Positions 30,083 through 38,704 of a DNA stretch of 64,000 nucleotides are shown here, one piece after another (positions within the stretch are counted from its first letter, which is position 1; each line of letters begins with the position of its first letter). The notes below the pieces were generated by a model, which saw only the letters and a list, made by a program, of their open reading frames with translations, had not been told where the DNA came from and made no database searches. This DNA is from an uncultured Candidatus Saccharibacteria bacterium. Lineage in GTDB: Bacteria; Patescibacteriota; Minisyncoccia; Phycocordibacterales; UBA918. Location of the stretch: positions 24,261-88,260 of the forward strand of contig CAYOAM010000001.1 in the NCBI GenBank assembly GCA_964402035.1. Direction: 5' to 3'. The position numbers and the translations under genes were made by a program.

Positions 30083-31313
30083 CCATTCGGTCTATCGCAA
30101 CAATAATGATGCCAGAGGATAATTCATTAATAATTTTTGCCCATATGACGCCGGTAAGGCCAAAAGGAACTGCTAAAGAAATCATAATTAAGATGTGCGC
30201 AATGGTGGCGATCTGTGAGTAGGTTTGTAACGCCCGCATGTTACGTATGGCAACCCAATAAATCGTACATACGAGCGTTGGGTAGGCAATGATTGATAGT
30301 AAAAGAATGCGCGCAAACGGGGCAACTTGCGTAAATGTCGCAAATAACTGAGGCATTATATACTCGACAAAAAAAAGTAATGTGATACCCCCGCATATTC
30401 CCAAGATGCTAGCGACAACAAGCCATGTCTCAAAAGGACGCTGCTGCTCATCCTGCTGTATGTGCGGCAATATATAGAACTGTAACAAATTTTTGTACGC
30501 GGTTTTGAAATGCTCAATAGGGAGTGTTGCAATCACGTAGGTAGCCAAGGCGAGCGGGCCTAGCACTATGAAGACGAGTATTTTTTCAATGGCAGGCAAC
30601 AGAGCCAATGGAAACTGTATAAGCGTTAATTGTCGACCAAACAATGAGTCAGCGTACGCTTTTCGGTGTTGGTGAATGTGCGTGGTATGTGTTTTTGGCA
30701 ACTTTTGTGCTACATACATAAGTGCGAGTAGGGTGGTCGCGGCTTGGCTGCCGAGGTACAGAATAATAATTCCACTTGCGGAATTAAATAATATGCCACC
30801 AAAGGTAGCACCTACGAGCGCGCTCAAAACAATGCCAACATCGACTACAATTTTTATTTTGAATGCTTTAATGCCAGCCAGCACTAGCCCGGGTACCAGA
30901 TAGAGATTCGAGAGGGGAGTTATCAGTCCACCAATGACGCAGGCGAGCCCTAATTCATACTGACCGATACTGTAGTGATAGCATGCGACAAGTACTGACC
31001 CTAAGATTGAACCTGCACCCCACGCATATTGGGAACGAATCATAGCCCAATACCCTTTTTGCGTAATGGTTGATGCACTATGACTCAAAACTTGACTTAT
31101 GCCTGGTAGCGACCAAAACGAAAGGATTGCGAAAAGGGCAATAAGATATCGTATTTCGCCGAAGCGTTCCGGTGAGTTGAAACGGGCAAGCAGCACCACA
31201 ATACCCGCAGAGCCAATACTTAAGAGGATTTGATTTACTACGACGTAGTAGAGCGACGTGTGTTCTTGCGCAAATGAAAACACGGTGCGTAATCGACGCT
31301 GAAGCCACATCAT
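30063..31313 (-). CDS. Polysaccharide flippase (Wzx/MOP family)
   Basis: About 12 TM helices, LLAR...PE.FG, FGL.G...A. Confidence 0.75.
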   Translation of the reverse strand: MMWLQRRLRTVFSFAQEHTSLYYVVVNQILLSIGSAGIVVLLARFNSPERFGEIRYLIALFAILSFWSLPGISQVLSHSASTITQKGYWAMIRSQYAWGAGSILGSVLVACYHYSIGQYELGLACVIGGLITPLSNLYLVPGLVLAGIKAFKIKIVVDVGIVLSALVGATFGGILFNSASGIIILYLGSQAATTLLALMYVAQKLPKTHTTHIHQHRKAYADSLFGRQLTLIQFPLALLPAIEKILVFIVLGPLALATYVIATLPIEHFKTAYKNLLQFYILPHIQQDEQQRPFETWLVVASILGICGGITLLFFVEYIMPQLFATFTQVAPFARILLLSIIAYPTLVCTIYWVAIRNMRALQTYSQIATIAHILIMISLAVPFGLTGVIWAKIINELSSGIIIVAIDRMVTDSES

Positions 31314-32488
31314 AGGAGTGCTAGGATCAACCATAGATGCCTAAAATGAAGGGTGTCTATAAAAAAACTTTGAGCCAAAATACCGAGCACGGTAGAAAAT
31401 AACACAATCGCGTAGACGTCATGCGTCGTCGTAATAGAGCGATAGGAACGTCTCAAAAGTAAGAACAGAAATAGCAAAAGTATGACAAGGCCGACGGCGC
31501 CGTTCTCAATCAATACTCGCAGATATGTATTGTGTGCCGAAAAACCACGATAGGAATATATTTCATAACTTCCGTTCCCAGAACCCCGTAGTATTTCAAT
31601 GAAGCTTCGTTCAACAAGAACGTCGTATGCGCGTTCTAGATTCTCAATACGCGGAGTGTCTGATGCGGTTATGCGATTTTGTAACCGCATAATCGGTTCT
31701 GTCTGGCCCAGTGCTGCAAAGCTTCCTACCGCAATCGTTGCTAGAAAGAGTCCAATATACACGAGGCGTCGAAGCACAATAATACGTGGTAGGAGTGTGT
31801 ACTTGAGTAGTATATAGGTTACTGCAGCTATGGAAATTAATGCGTTGATCCAAGCCCCGCGAGATACAGTAAGTATGAGTGCGAACACGAGCAGTATGGT
31901 TGGTAGTGCATACAGTATCCTTTTTACTCTATAGGTGGTTGTGTACATAGCAACAAGTGCACTAATAAGCGCTGGAACTAGAAATGCGCCAAAGACATTC
32001 GGATCAGAGAAGAACACTTGCAATCGACCGGTATCAGAAAAGAGTGATGGAAGTGCGAAAGTTTGCCGCACTGCATACGCAAGACATCCGATAAGTGCCG
32101 TAAGTGTAGCGCCCAAGCAATACCCACTCCACAGTGCCTCGCGGTAGGTTCGCCAATAGTTGATAAGAAAAAATAAGCCAATGAGGTAGAGAGTAGCTTG
32201 TGTGAATGCTAGTTGGCTTTCAGGCAAGAATAGTGCGCTGCATATAACAAGTATCAGAAAGGCATAAAGCGCTTGTGTGTGGCGCTCCGCCAATGTTACT
32301 TTAAAATATGGTAGCCAGTGATGCCGGGTAATAGTCGTGATGCCAAGGAGAGCAAGCGCGATATCGATTGGGCTCAGCGACGAAAATGAAAAAGCAAATA
32401 GGATGCCAAGTGATACAAAGAGGGTGCGGTTGGCGAGGGTAAGCGGCATAGTGATGACGGCAATTGTCGGGCACACTATAGCATACAT
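31310..32488 (-). CDS. O-antigen ligase/polymerase family protein
   Basis: DPNVFG, LT.SRGAW, GSG.G, AHNTYL..L.E.G. Confidence 0.85.
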   Translation of the reverse strand: MYAIVCPTIAVITMPLTLANRTLFVSLGILFAFSFSSLSPIDIALALLGITTITRHHWLPYFKVTLAERHTQALYAFLILVICSALFLPESQLAFTQATLYLIGLFFLINYWRTYREALWSGYCLGATLTALIGCLAYAVRQTFALPSLFSDTGRLQVFFSDPNVFGAFLVPALISALVAMYTTTYRVKRILYALPTILLVFALILTVSRGAWINALISIAAVTYILLKYTLLPRIIVLRRLVYIGLFLATIAVGSFAALGQTEPIMRLQNRITASDTPRIENLERAYDVLVERSFIEILRGSGNGSYEIYSYRGFSAHNTYLRVLIENGAVGLVILLLFLFLLLRRSYRSITTTHDVYAIVLFSTVLGILAQSFFIDTLHFRHLWLILALL

Positions 32489-32608
32489 GACGCATGTATT
32501 CGCCTTTTACATATTGTGTCATCGATTGCGTATCTGCTGTAACAAATAGACTGATTTTGCGGCTAGTTCTCGTAGGGTCGAAGAGTATTATTTCTCGCTA
32601 AACACAAA

Positions 32609-32758
32609 ATGTTTATGGACACTAATGCAAATAAGGCGAACGTAAGCCAAGCAGAAAAAATGCGTCTTAAAACTGACGCCGAAACGAAGAAGTATGAGTC
32701 AGGAATGTCGACTGATGCTGCCGCGGCAGCTCATAAAAATGCAGAAGAAAAGAAATGA
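32609..32758 (+). CDS. 49-aa hydrophilic small protein
   Basis: MFMDTNANKANVSQAEKMRLKTDAETKKYESGMSTDAAAAAHKNAEEKK; fills the intergenic gap. Confidence 0.45.
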   Translation: MFMDTNANKANVSQAEKMRLKTDAETKKYESGMSTDAAAAAHKNAEEKK

Positions 32759-32905
32759 TATTTGCTCGCATAGTATTTTTTTAACATAATAAAAACATAT
32801 GAAAGATACACTCCTCAAGGCGCGTAAAAATTATGACGAAGATGAAGATTTTTCTGATCCTGAAATGAAGCTTGTATAGCGGTGCGCCTTGAGCGTTTCC
32901 CACAA

Positions 32906-32937
32906 CAAAAAAATCCCTCACATGAGGGATTTTTTTG
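32906..32937. terminator. Bidirectional terminator
   Basis: caaaaaaatccctca-ca-tgagggatttttttg. Confidence 0.8.
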
Positions 32938-32943
32938 AAATAT

Positions 32944-33171
32944 TTATTGTGGATCTGGATCAGGTCCTGGATCACATGAGCCAATAGTATCTCCGTGATT
33001 TTGTACGTGTGCATCCACTGCTGGTGCACCAACGGTGATCTCGTGCCCTTTGTGGCAGATAGTGACTTTCTCTTGCCCTGCGTTAGCAAATGCAATCGTA
33101 CTCAAAAAAAGTCCGAGCACTATCGTAGCAATTGCCAAATAGGTTGTAGTGTTAGTGCGTGTGTTTGTCAT
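32944..33171 (-). CDS. Small secreted protein with KVTICH...AH..HGD..G.C motif
   Basis: Signal peptide plus one Cys/His micro-domain. Confidence 0.75.
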   Translation of the reverse strand: MTNTRTNTTTYLAIATIVLGLFLSTIAFANAGQEKVTICHKGHEITVGAPAVDAHVQNHGDTIGSCDPGPDPDPQ

Positions 33172-33225
33172 GGTGTAATTATTATGAATAACTACTAAAT
33201 TATACCGCGCATGTTACAGCAGATT

Positions 33226-33471
33226 TCAATTCATACGTTCATAACCGAGAGGTTCTCGTAGCCATTCAGCAACACCGCTGTGTCTGTGGCACACAAAGCG
33301 TCTAATCTCTGCACTACTGTACGTACCGTCAACACATAGGGCCGTGGGATTTTCTGGTGTTGGAAATTCACTTTGTGCCAAGGTCACTATTTCTGTAGCA
33401 AGGAGGCTTCCCGAGACAAAAACGAGCATAAAAATCCACATGAGAAGTTTGTGAGATTGTATGATATGCAT
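33226..33471 (-). CDS. DUF3761-like small secreted protein
   Basis: TALCVDGTYS....R..C..H.GV..W. Confidence 0.7.
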   Translation of the reverse strand: MHIIQSHKLLMWIFMLVFVSGSLLATEIVTLAQSEFPTPENPTALCVDGTYSSAEIRRFVCHRHSGVAEWLREPLGYERMN

Positions 33472-33592
33472 ACTTCTTACAACATATGCGGTTTAATTTA
33501 GGTTTCCATTTGAGAATTGGCTAACAATCTAATATAGAAATAAAAAAATGCCTTATGATTTCAGTCATGAGGCAGTTTGGTGTTTATGCATT

Positions 33593-34123
33593 TCATCGGA
33601 ACGTCATATAGTGGGCAGCGAAACTAACTTCTCCCGCGCTAAGGTAGCCATATCTCTCCCGACGCCCAGCATTTGCTGTCAGATAAAAGTCGCGGAAGCC
33701 AAGCATCATCGCAGTCAGATCTACCGCTTCTTCGTGTTCTCGAAGTGGATGATTGACAGCATTTAGTACGACATGGCTGAATTCGTGAGCGATAGCGCAC
33801 ACAATTTCTTCAAAACCTCCAGTGTCCAAGAAGTTTTTTCGGAGAAACAACGTGACCGAGGTCCTGCGGAAATCTGATGTCCCAAAGGCGGGCATTGGAC
33901 TCGGGAGTAGGATCCAAGCTGGCGCATTTGGGCCACCACTACTCACAATTCCTAAGGTAACCTTCATATCGAGATTCATCATTTCTCGAATAGTACGAAC
34001 CATGTCCACATAGTTCCTTTGTTTGTACTGTGCTATTAGTACTTCCTCAGGAATACTCATACGCAGTGTGCCTAATGAAGTGCGTAGTTGTTGGATATGT
34101 GACGCAACAAGGTCGGTGCGCAT
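33593..34123 (-). CDS. HExxH zincin-like metalloprotein
   Basis: IAHEFSHV...EE.VDL.A..LG, YGYL. Confidence 0.7.
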   Translation of the reverse strand: MRTDLVASHIQQLRTSLGTLRMSIPEEVLIAQYKQRNYVDMVRTIREMMNLDMKVTLGIVSSGGPNAPAWILLPSPMPAFGTSDFRRTSVTLFLRKNFLDTGGFEEIVCAIAHEFSHVVLNAVNHPLREHEEAVDLTAMMLGFRDFYLTANAGRRERYGYLSAGEVSFAAHYMTFR

Positions 34124-34290
34124 TCGTATCTCCCAAAAAATGATGGCCTTGCCCGTATGTTGAAGAACACTCAATAGCGCTATTTACGCACATAGATTAC
34201 TGAGCGTTATATAGCGATGGCAAACGAATGTCAACTATCATGAAGTGCGATGGGGTTAGTCAGAGAATTTTTCTAGGTATCATTGATCGA

Positions 34291-36186
34291 CTACTTTAGA
34301 CCAAAATACCGTGGGAATAGGGGAATGCTTCCGCCTTTAGTTTTTCCTTCGACAATGGGGAGTTGCAATACCGTGGATGGCCATGGAATTGGAAGTGTGC
34401 CGGTAAATGGTTTTTTGCCAAATAAGACATCGGCGACACCAGCGCCTTCACTTCCTGGAAGCCATGCAACGACAACTGCGTTCCAGTCTTGAATCTGATC
34501 AGTAATCATGAGGGGTCGTCCAGTGACTAACACAACGACAACGGCGTCGCTTACTTCCTGCAGTCGATAAATATTAGCAAGATCTTCCTCACTGAGAGAT
34601 GGATTTTGATTATCACCCCAACCTTCTGCGTAGGGTGCTTCACCCACAATAGCAATTCCAATGTCTGCTTTTAGAGAGTTGAGAGGGAAGTTTGCTTGGG
34701 CATCAAACTCTATCGTCGTTCCTTGTGGGGCAGACTCGCGTACACCCTGCAGGATCGAAGTTGCGCCCGGTAGCCAATTTCCGTCGATTCCTTGCCACTC
34801 GACAGTCCAGGCACCTGCTTGTTTCCCAATATTGTCGGCAGCACTTCCTGCGACGCGGATCAGAGATGTGTTTCTCTTAATAGGCAGTAGAGTGCTCTTA
34901 TTTTTGAGAAGTACCAGAGACTTGGCTACCGCATCGCGCGCAAGTGTGCGGTGCGCAGGTGATCCAATCTGGTCAATATTTTTTTTATCTAACGTATCAA
35001 AAAGGCCCAGTTTAAACTTTGCGGTTAGGATTCGCTCCACCGCATCGTCTATTCGTGATTCTGCGATATCACCATTCTTCACGGCTCGCCGAATATTTCT
35101 GACAAACTCTTGATAATCAAACGGTAGCATGACCATATCAACACCTGCATTGATGGCAGTGACTGCCGCAGTGTAATTTCCTCCAGGGATTTCATATACG
35201 CCATACCAATCCGACACCACAAAACCTTTGAATCCAAGTTCGTCTTTCAGTACTGATTGTACGAGATAGGAAGATGCTGCAAGTTTTGTCTCACCCCAGC
35301 TATTGAGTCCGACCATGACACTGGCTGCGCCTGTTTCGATCGCTTTTTTAAATGGAGGAAGGTAGTACGTACGGAGTTTCTCCTCATCTATCAAGGTCAT
35401 CCCTTGGTCAATTTTAAAATTCTCGTTACTCGCACTGCCCCAGAGCATCCCCCCGGCGCCGATGTAATGCTTTGGTGTTGCAAGGACTGAAATCGTTGAT
35501 GATGCCTCAGAGGGATTTTCTTGTAACCCACGTATGTATGCACTCCCAAGTTTACTTACGAGCGTAGGGTCATCTGAGAATGTTTCATACACTCGTCCCC
35601 ACCTGATGTCCTCGGGCATGTCGTACGTGGGGGAGTAGCTCCACCGCACATTGGTGGCGAGTAGTTCATCCGCAGTTGCCCGAGCAACATTTTCGACGAG
35701 TGTTTCATTGCCGCTTGCTCCGAGTCCAATGAAATGTGGAAAGACCGTGGCGCCAGGGATATTGCTGTGGCCATGGATCGCGTCAACGCCATACAAGATA
35801 GGGATGCCTAGGCGTGATGCACGCGATTCTGAGACATAGGTGTCGACCATATTTTTCCAACCCAAGGCTGTATTGTCTTCTGGTTTTCCTCCAAATCCGC
35901 TGAGCATTCCACCAAGGCCATACGTTTGAATATCCTCAAGGTCTCGCAAACTATTTTTTTCTACCAATGCCATTTGTCCGATTTTTTCTTCGAGTGTCAT
36001 GTGTGACATGAGATCAGTGACTCTCGCTTCAACAGAAGCTTTGCCGTCTCGATAGAGAGGATTTTCAGAAAGTTCGGGTATATCGGTAAAGAAAAAGTCA
36101 ATCAGATAATAACTAGCGACTACGCATAGAAGTATACAAACAAGAATTGTAGCCCTCGGTTGCTTCTTAAGAAAACGAAGAGTCAT
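34291..36186 (-). CDS. Glycoside hydrolase family 3 (beta-glucosidase), membrane-anchored
   Basis: MTLEEKIGQM, DAIHG, RWGRVYE, KHY, VSDW nucleophile, WLPGSEG. Confidence 0.93.
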   Translation of the reverse strand: MTLRFLKKQPRATILVCILLCVVASYYLIDFFFTDIPELSENPLYRDGKASVEARVTDLMSHMTLEEKIGQMALVEKNSLRDLEDIQTYGLGGMLSGFGGKPEDNTALGWKNMVDTYVSESRASRLGIPILYGVDAIHGHSNIPGATVFPHFIGLGASGNETLVENVARATADELLATNVRWSYSPTYDMPEDIRWGRVYETFSDDPTLVSKLGSAYIRGLQENPSEASSTISVLATPKHYIGAGGMLWGSASNENFKIDQGMTLIDEEKLRTYYLPPFKKAIETGAASVMVGLNSWGETKLAASSYLVQSVLKDELGFKGFVVSDWYGVYEIPGGNYTAAVTAINAGVDMVMLPFDYQEFVRNIRRAVKNGDIAESRIDDAVERILTAKFKLGLFDTLDKKNIDQIGSPAHRTLARDAVAKSLVLLKNKSTLLPIKRNTSLIRVAGSAADNIGKQAGAWTVEWQGIDGNWLPGATSILQGVRESAPQGTTIEFDAQANFPLNSLKADIGIAIVGEAPYAEGWGDNQNPSLSEEDLANIYRLQEVSDAVVVVLVTGRPLMITDQIQDWNAVVVAWLPGSEGAGVADVLFGKKPFTGTLPIPWPSTVLQLPIVEGKTKGGSIPLFPRYFGLK

Positions 36187-36217
36187 TTGTTTTAGTATAC
36201 AGGATAGAGAACTTGCT

Positions 36218-36754
36218 CTAAGAGACAGAGGTAAGCAGCTTCGTATATGTTCCTTCGATATCGCCAAGTACACTTGCGATAGTTGTAATATTCAGCCGCT
36301 CACTCATTGCTTTTGTCATCCTCTCAAATAAGTTCTCGATTTCAGGCAGATCATCTTTAGAAAGTTTCGGAGAACCATCTTCACCCCAGACACCTCGCTT
36401 TAGTAGTCTATCAATTGCTTCATCTTTCTCAGTTTCAATATAGATTTCATAAAATGAAACATCAAGCCTTTTTGCAATTTCTTCAAATGCTTGAGCGTGG
36501 GTGGAGTCGGTGAGCAAGTAGGGGAGTACCACATCATACCCAGCTTCAAGTTGATTTTCTGTTATTGATTTGGTGTGTTCGAAAACCAATTTTCTTGCTT
36601 CATCCTCATGTTTGCGCCACTGACCCATCATGCCGATGATCTGGTCTCCTTCAATCGCTATTGCAAGTGGATGCTCGTCAACATATCGTTTTGCAAGCGT
36701 CGTCTTGCCGCTTGCAGCGAAACCATACAGTAGAATCAGTTTAGGTTGTCTCAT
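36218..36754 (-). CDS. AAA_33-like P-loop kinase
   Basis: LILLYGFAASGKTT Walker A. Confidence 0.85.
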   Translation of the reverse strand: MRQPKLILLYGFAASGKTTLAKRYVDEHPLAIAIEGDQIIGMMGQWRKHEDEARKLVFEHTKSITENQLEAGYDVVLPYLLTDSTHAQAFEEIAKRLDVSFYEIYIETEKDEAIDRLLKRGVWGEDGSPKLSKDDLPEIENLFERMTKAMSERLNITTIASVLGDIEGTYTKLLTSVS

Positions 36755-36757
36755 AAT

Positions 36758-37282
36758 TTACATCTGATTCTTTGCTTCTGGTGTCGGTGGTGTAAAGGTG
36801 TAGTCAGTTTGTTTGATTGCTTCTTGGGGAATCGTTTTGAGCTCTTTTACGGTAACAAAATCTTGGTTGATGGAACCGTCCCCATTCTTTAACATTAGCT
36901 GTACGACACGGTGCATGCCATTGATAAGCCAATCTCCCTGCACGTGAATCGGCTGTCTATAATCTGCTTCTTGAATCCTTTTGATATGCTCTTGGTATTC
37001 AGGATGAATTTCGCTAACTTTTTCATAACCCAGTTCTTGGATAAGTGCAATAAGTGAACGTGGTGTAAATGGTTGCTTGTTTCTGTCAGTCCAGCAGTCG
37101 CGGTCGAGACGATATTCAAAATCAGCAAGCGGTCGCTTAGTCACCGGGTGGCCTTCGGTTAAGTGTATGAGTCTGTTTACGTCGACTAACACTCCGTTAT
37201 TTGACGACGTCTCGCTATTGTCTACCTCATTGCGCAAAGGACGAGCGGGGATGCTTTCCCAAGGAATTCTTCGGCCACTCAT
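36758..37282 (-). CDS. Hypothetical protein with ParB/Srx-like motif
   Basis: RI..ADY..PI.V....LINGMHR. Confidence 0.6.
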   Translation of the reverse strand: MSGRRIPWESIPARPLRNEVDNSETSSNNGVLVDVNRLIHLTEGHPVTKRPLADFEYRLDRDCWTDRNKQPFTPRSLIALIQELGYEKVSEIHPEYQEHIKRIQEADYRQPIHVQGDWLINGMHRVVQLMLKNGDGSINQDFVTVKELKTIPQEAIKQTDYTFTPPTPEAKNQM

Positions 37283-37360
37283 GGTGACTGTAGTATAGCA
37301 TTGCCTATATGGGGCTTCAAAAATAGTTTTTAACCTCGCTTTGTGTGATGAATAAAAAAA

Positions 37361-37400
37361 GCTCCAGTGGGAAGACGTGAGTGTCTTTCGCCACTGGAGC
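37361..37400 (-). terminator. Intrinsic terminator
   Basis: gctccagtgg...ccactggagc followed by a T-run on the minus strand. Confidence 0.7.
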
Positions 37401-37421
37401 TTGTATGGAGGGTGGGTGATT

Positions 37422-37652
37422 CTACAGAGCCGTGACCGAGGCGGCACCATGATTCATGAATTGCGATACACCTAGGCCATTACCACTAAAAACGATGAAC
37501 GGCACGAAGGGCGACAGGTTCGTCGACGTGTCGGGAGGCACAAGAGTGGCATTACCGATCATTGTAATGTTCACCGAACCTCTCAACGCTTCGAATGCCT
37601 TGTCCCTCTTGGCGTCATTGGTGAACAAAGCCAACATCGCTGTATCCGTCAT
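37422..37652 (-). CDS. 76-aa hypothetical protein
   Basis: SD aaggaga, TTGACT-17-CAGAAT promoter upstream, terminator downstream. Confidence 0.6.
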   Translation of the reverse strand: MTDTAMLALFTNDAKRDKAFEALRGSVNITMIGNATLVPPDTSTNLSPFVPFIVFSGNGLGVSQFMNHGAASVTAL

Positions 37653-37803
37653 GTGAATCTCCTTGCTTCAACATCAAGTGTTGACGACAGAGATTCTGCT
37701 CTTTTTTAATAGAAAGTCAAGCTGTCCGTTTAAATTTTCTGGCAGTTGCACTGTTCGAGGATAAAAAATGGTTTTCAAATTTTAACGAACCGTCGCACGT
37801 GTG

Positions 37804-37960
37804 GTCACGAATCACTTAGTAGAATTTTCGAACTCATGTTCAAAAATTCTACTAAGTGTTCTCGACCCCGGCTCGAAGGTTTTTGCTTTGAAGAGCAAAA
37901 ATATTTCTGTGCCTCGCACAAAAGCAAAAAACCTGCCGCAGGGCAGGTTCCGTGTCTTTT
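37804..37960 (-). repeat. Single 3-hairpin module abutting the displaced tRNA-Tyr 3' copy
   Basis: gtcacgaat-hairpin-ttctcgaccccggctcg-hairpin-cgcacaaaag..acctgccgcagggcaggt..cttttgtgcg. Confidence 0.85.
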
Positions 37961-38082
37961 GTGCGCCGGGTAGGATTTGAAGTTTACTACTTCAGTACAC
38001 CTCTGAATAGCACCCCATGCTATTCAGCTACTTTTCTGCGCAAAGCTTGAAAAGGTAGCTCGCAAGGTTTTCAAATCCATGC

Positions 38083-38151
38083 TCCCAACACAAAAGACGT
38101 CCACAAGGGACGCCTTTTCTATTGGGTGCTCCGAACTGGAGGCGATTCGGA
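38083..38151 (+). repeat. About 70-bp direct repeat, copy 1
   Basis: Hairpin plus core ttgggtgctccgaactggaggcgattcgga (27/30 to copy 2). Confidence 0.8.
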
Positions 38152-38175
38152 TTCTATGCCTATAGTCTTCTAAAC

Positions 38176-38204
38176 TTGACACGAATTATAAAACATGATA
38201 TAAT
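38176..38204 (+). promoter_or_regulatory. Perfect consensus sigma70 promoter
   Basis: TTGACA-17 bp-TATAAT, with TG. Confidence 0.85.
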
Positions 38205-38252
38205 ATAAGAAGGTAAAGTTCTTCAATTCAAACCCCAAAACGGAGACGTCAA

Positions 38253-38477
38253 ATGGCAAATACAAACCTCAATGATCTCGGCGTATTTCTGAATACTGAT
38301 ATCGGCTTATGGCTAGTCGTCGCAGCAACTTCGTTAGTCATGGACCGATTTTTTTCCTCCATTTCCAAAAAAAATGACGAAGAGGAAATGGAAAGGGTTC
38401 GAGATATGCGCAAGTACGGACTAACAGTTGTCGGCGGATTCGGGGCAGCCGTGCTGATTAAGCAACTGTTCATGTAA
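38253..38477 (+). CDS. 74-aa two-TM small membrane protein
   Basis: SD ggag, consensus promoter, downstream terminator. Confidence 0.75.
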   Translation: MANTNLNDLGVFLNTDIGLWLVVAATSLVMDRFFSSISKKNDEEEMERVRDMRKYGLTVVGGFGAAVLIKQLFM

Positions 38478-38519
38478 TTGGTAGGGCTCTATACGTAGAG
38501 CTCTAGACTTCCATGGACG

Positions 38520-38551
38520 AAGGCGGTGCAGCAATGCATCGCCTTTTCTTT
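38520..38551 (+). terminator. Intrinsic terminator
   Basis: aaggcggtgc-agcaat-gcatcgcctt followed by a T-run. Confidence 0.7.
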
Positions 38552-38571
38552 TGCAAAAAAATTAAAGCTAT

Positions 38572-38640
38572 CTCACAACATAAAAGGCGTCTCATGTGAT
38601 GCTTTTTATGTTGGGCGCACCGAACTGGAGGCGGTTCGGA
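38572..38640 (+). repeat. About 70-bp direct repeat, copy 2
   Basis: Hairpin plus ttgggcgcaccgaactggaggcggttcgga. Confidence 0.8.
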
Positions 38641-38704
38641 CTTTTTGTGTTGCAAATACCTTGTCTTAGAGTTGAATAGTTAAAGTGGTATAATGGCCTG
38701 TTGT

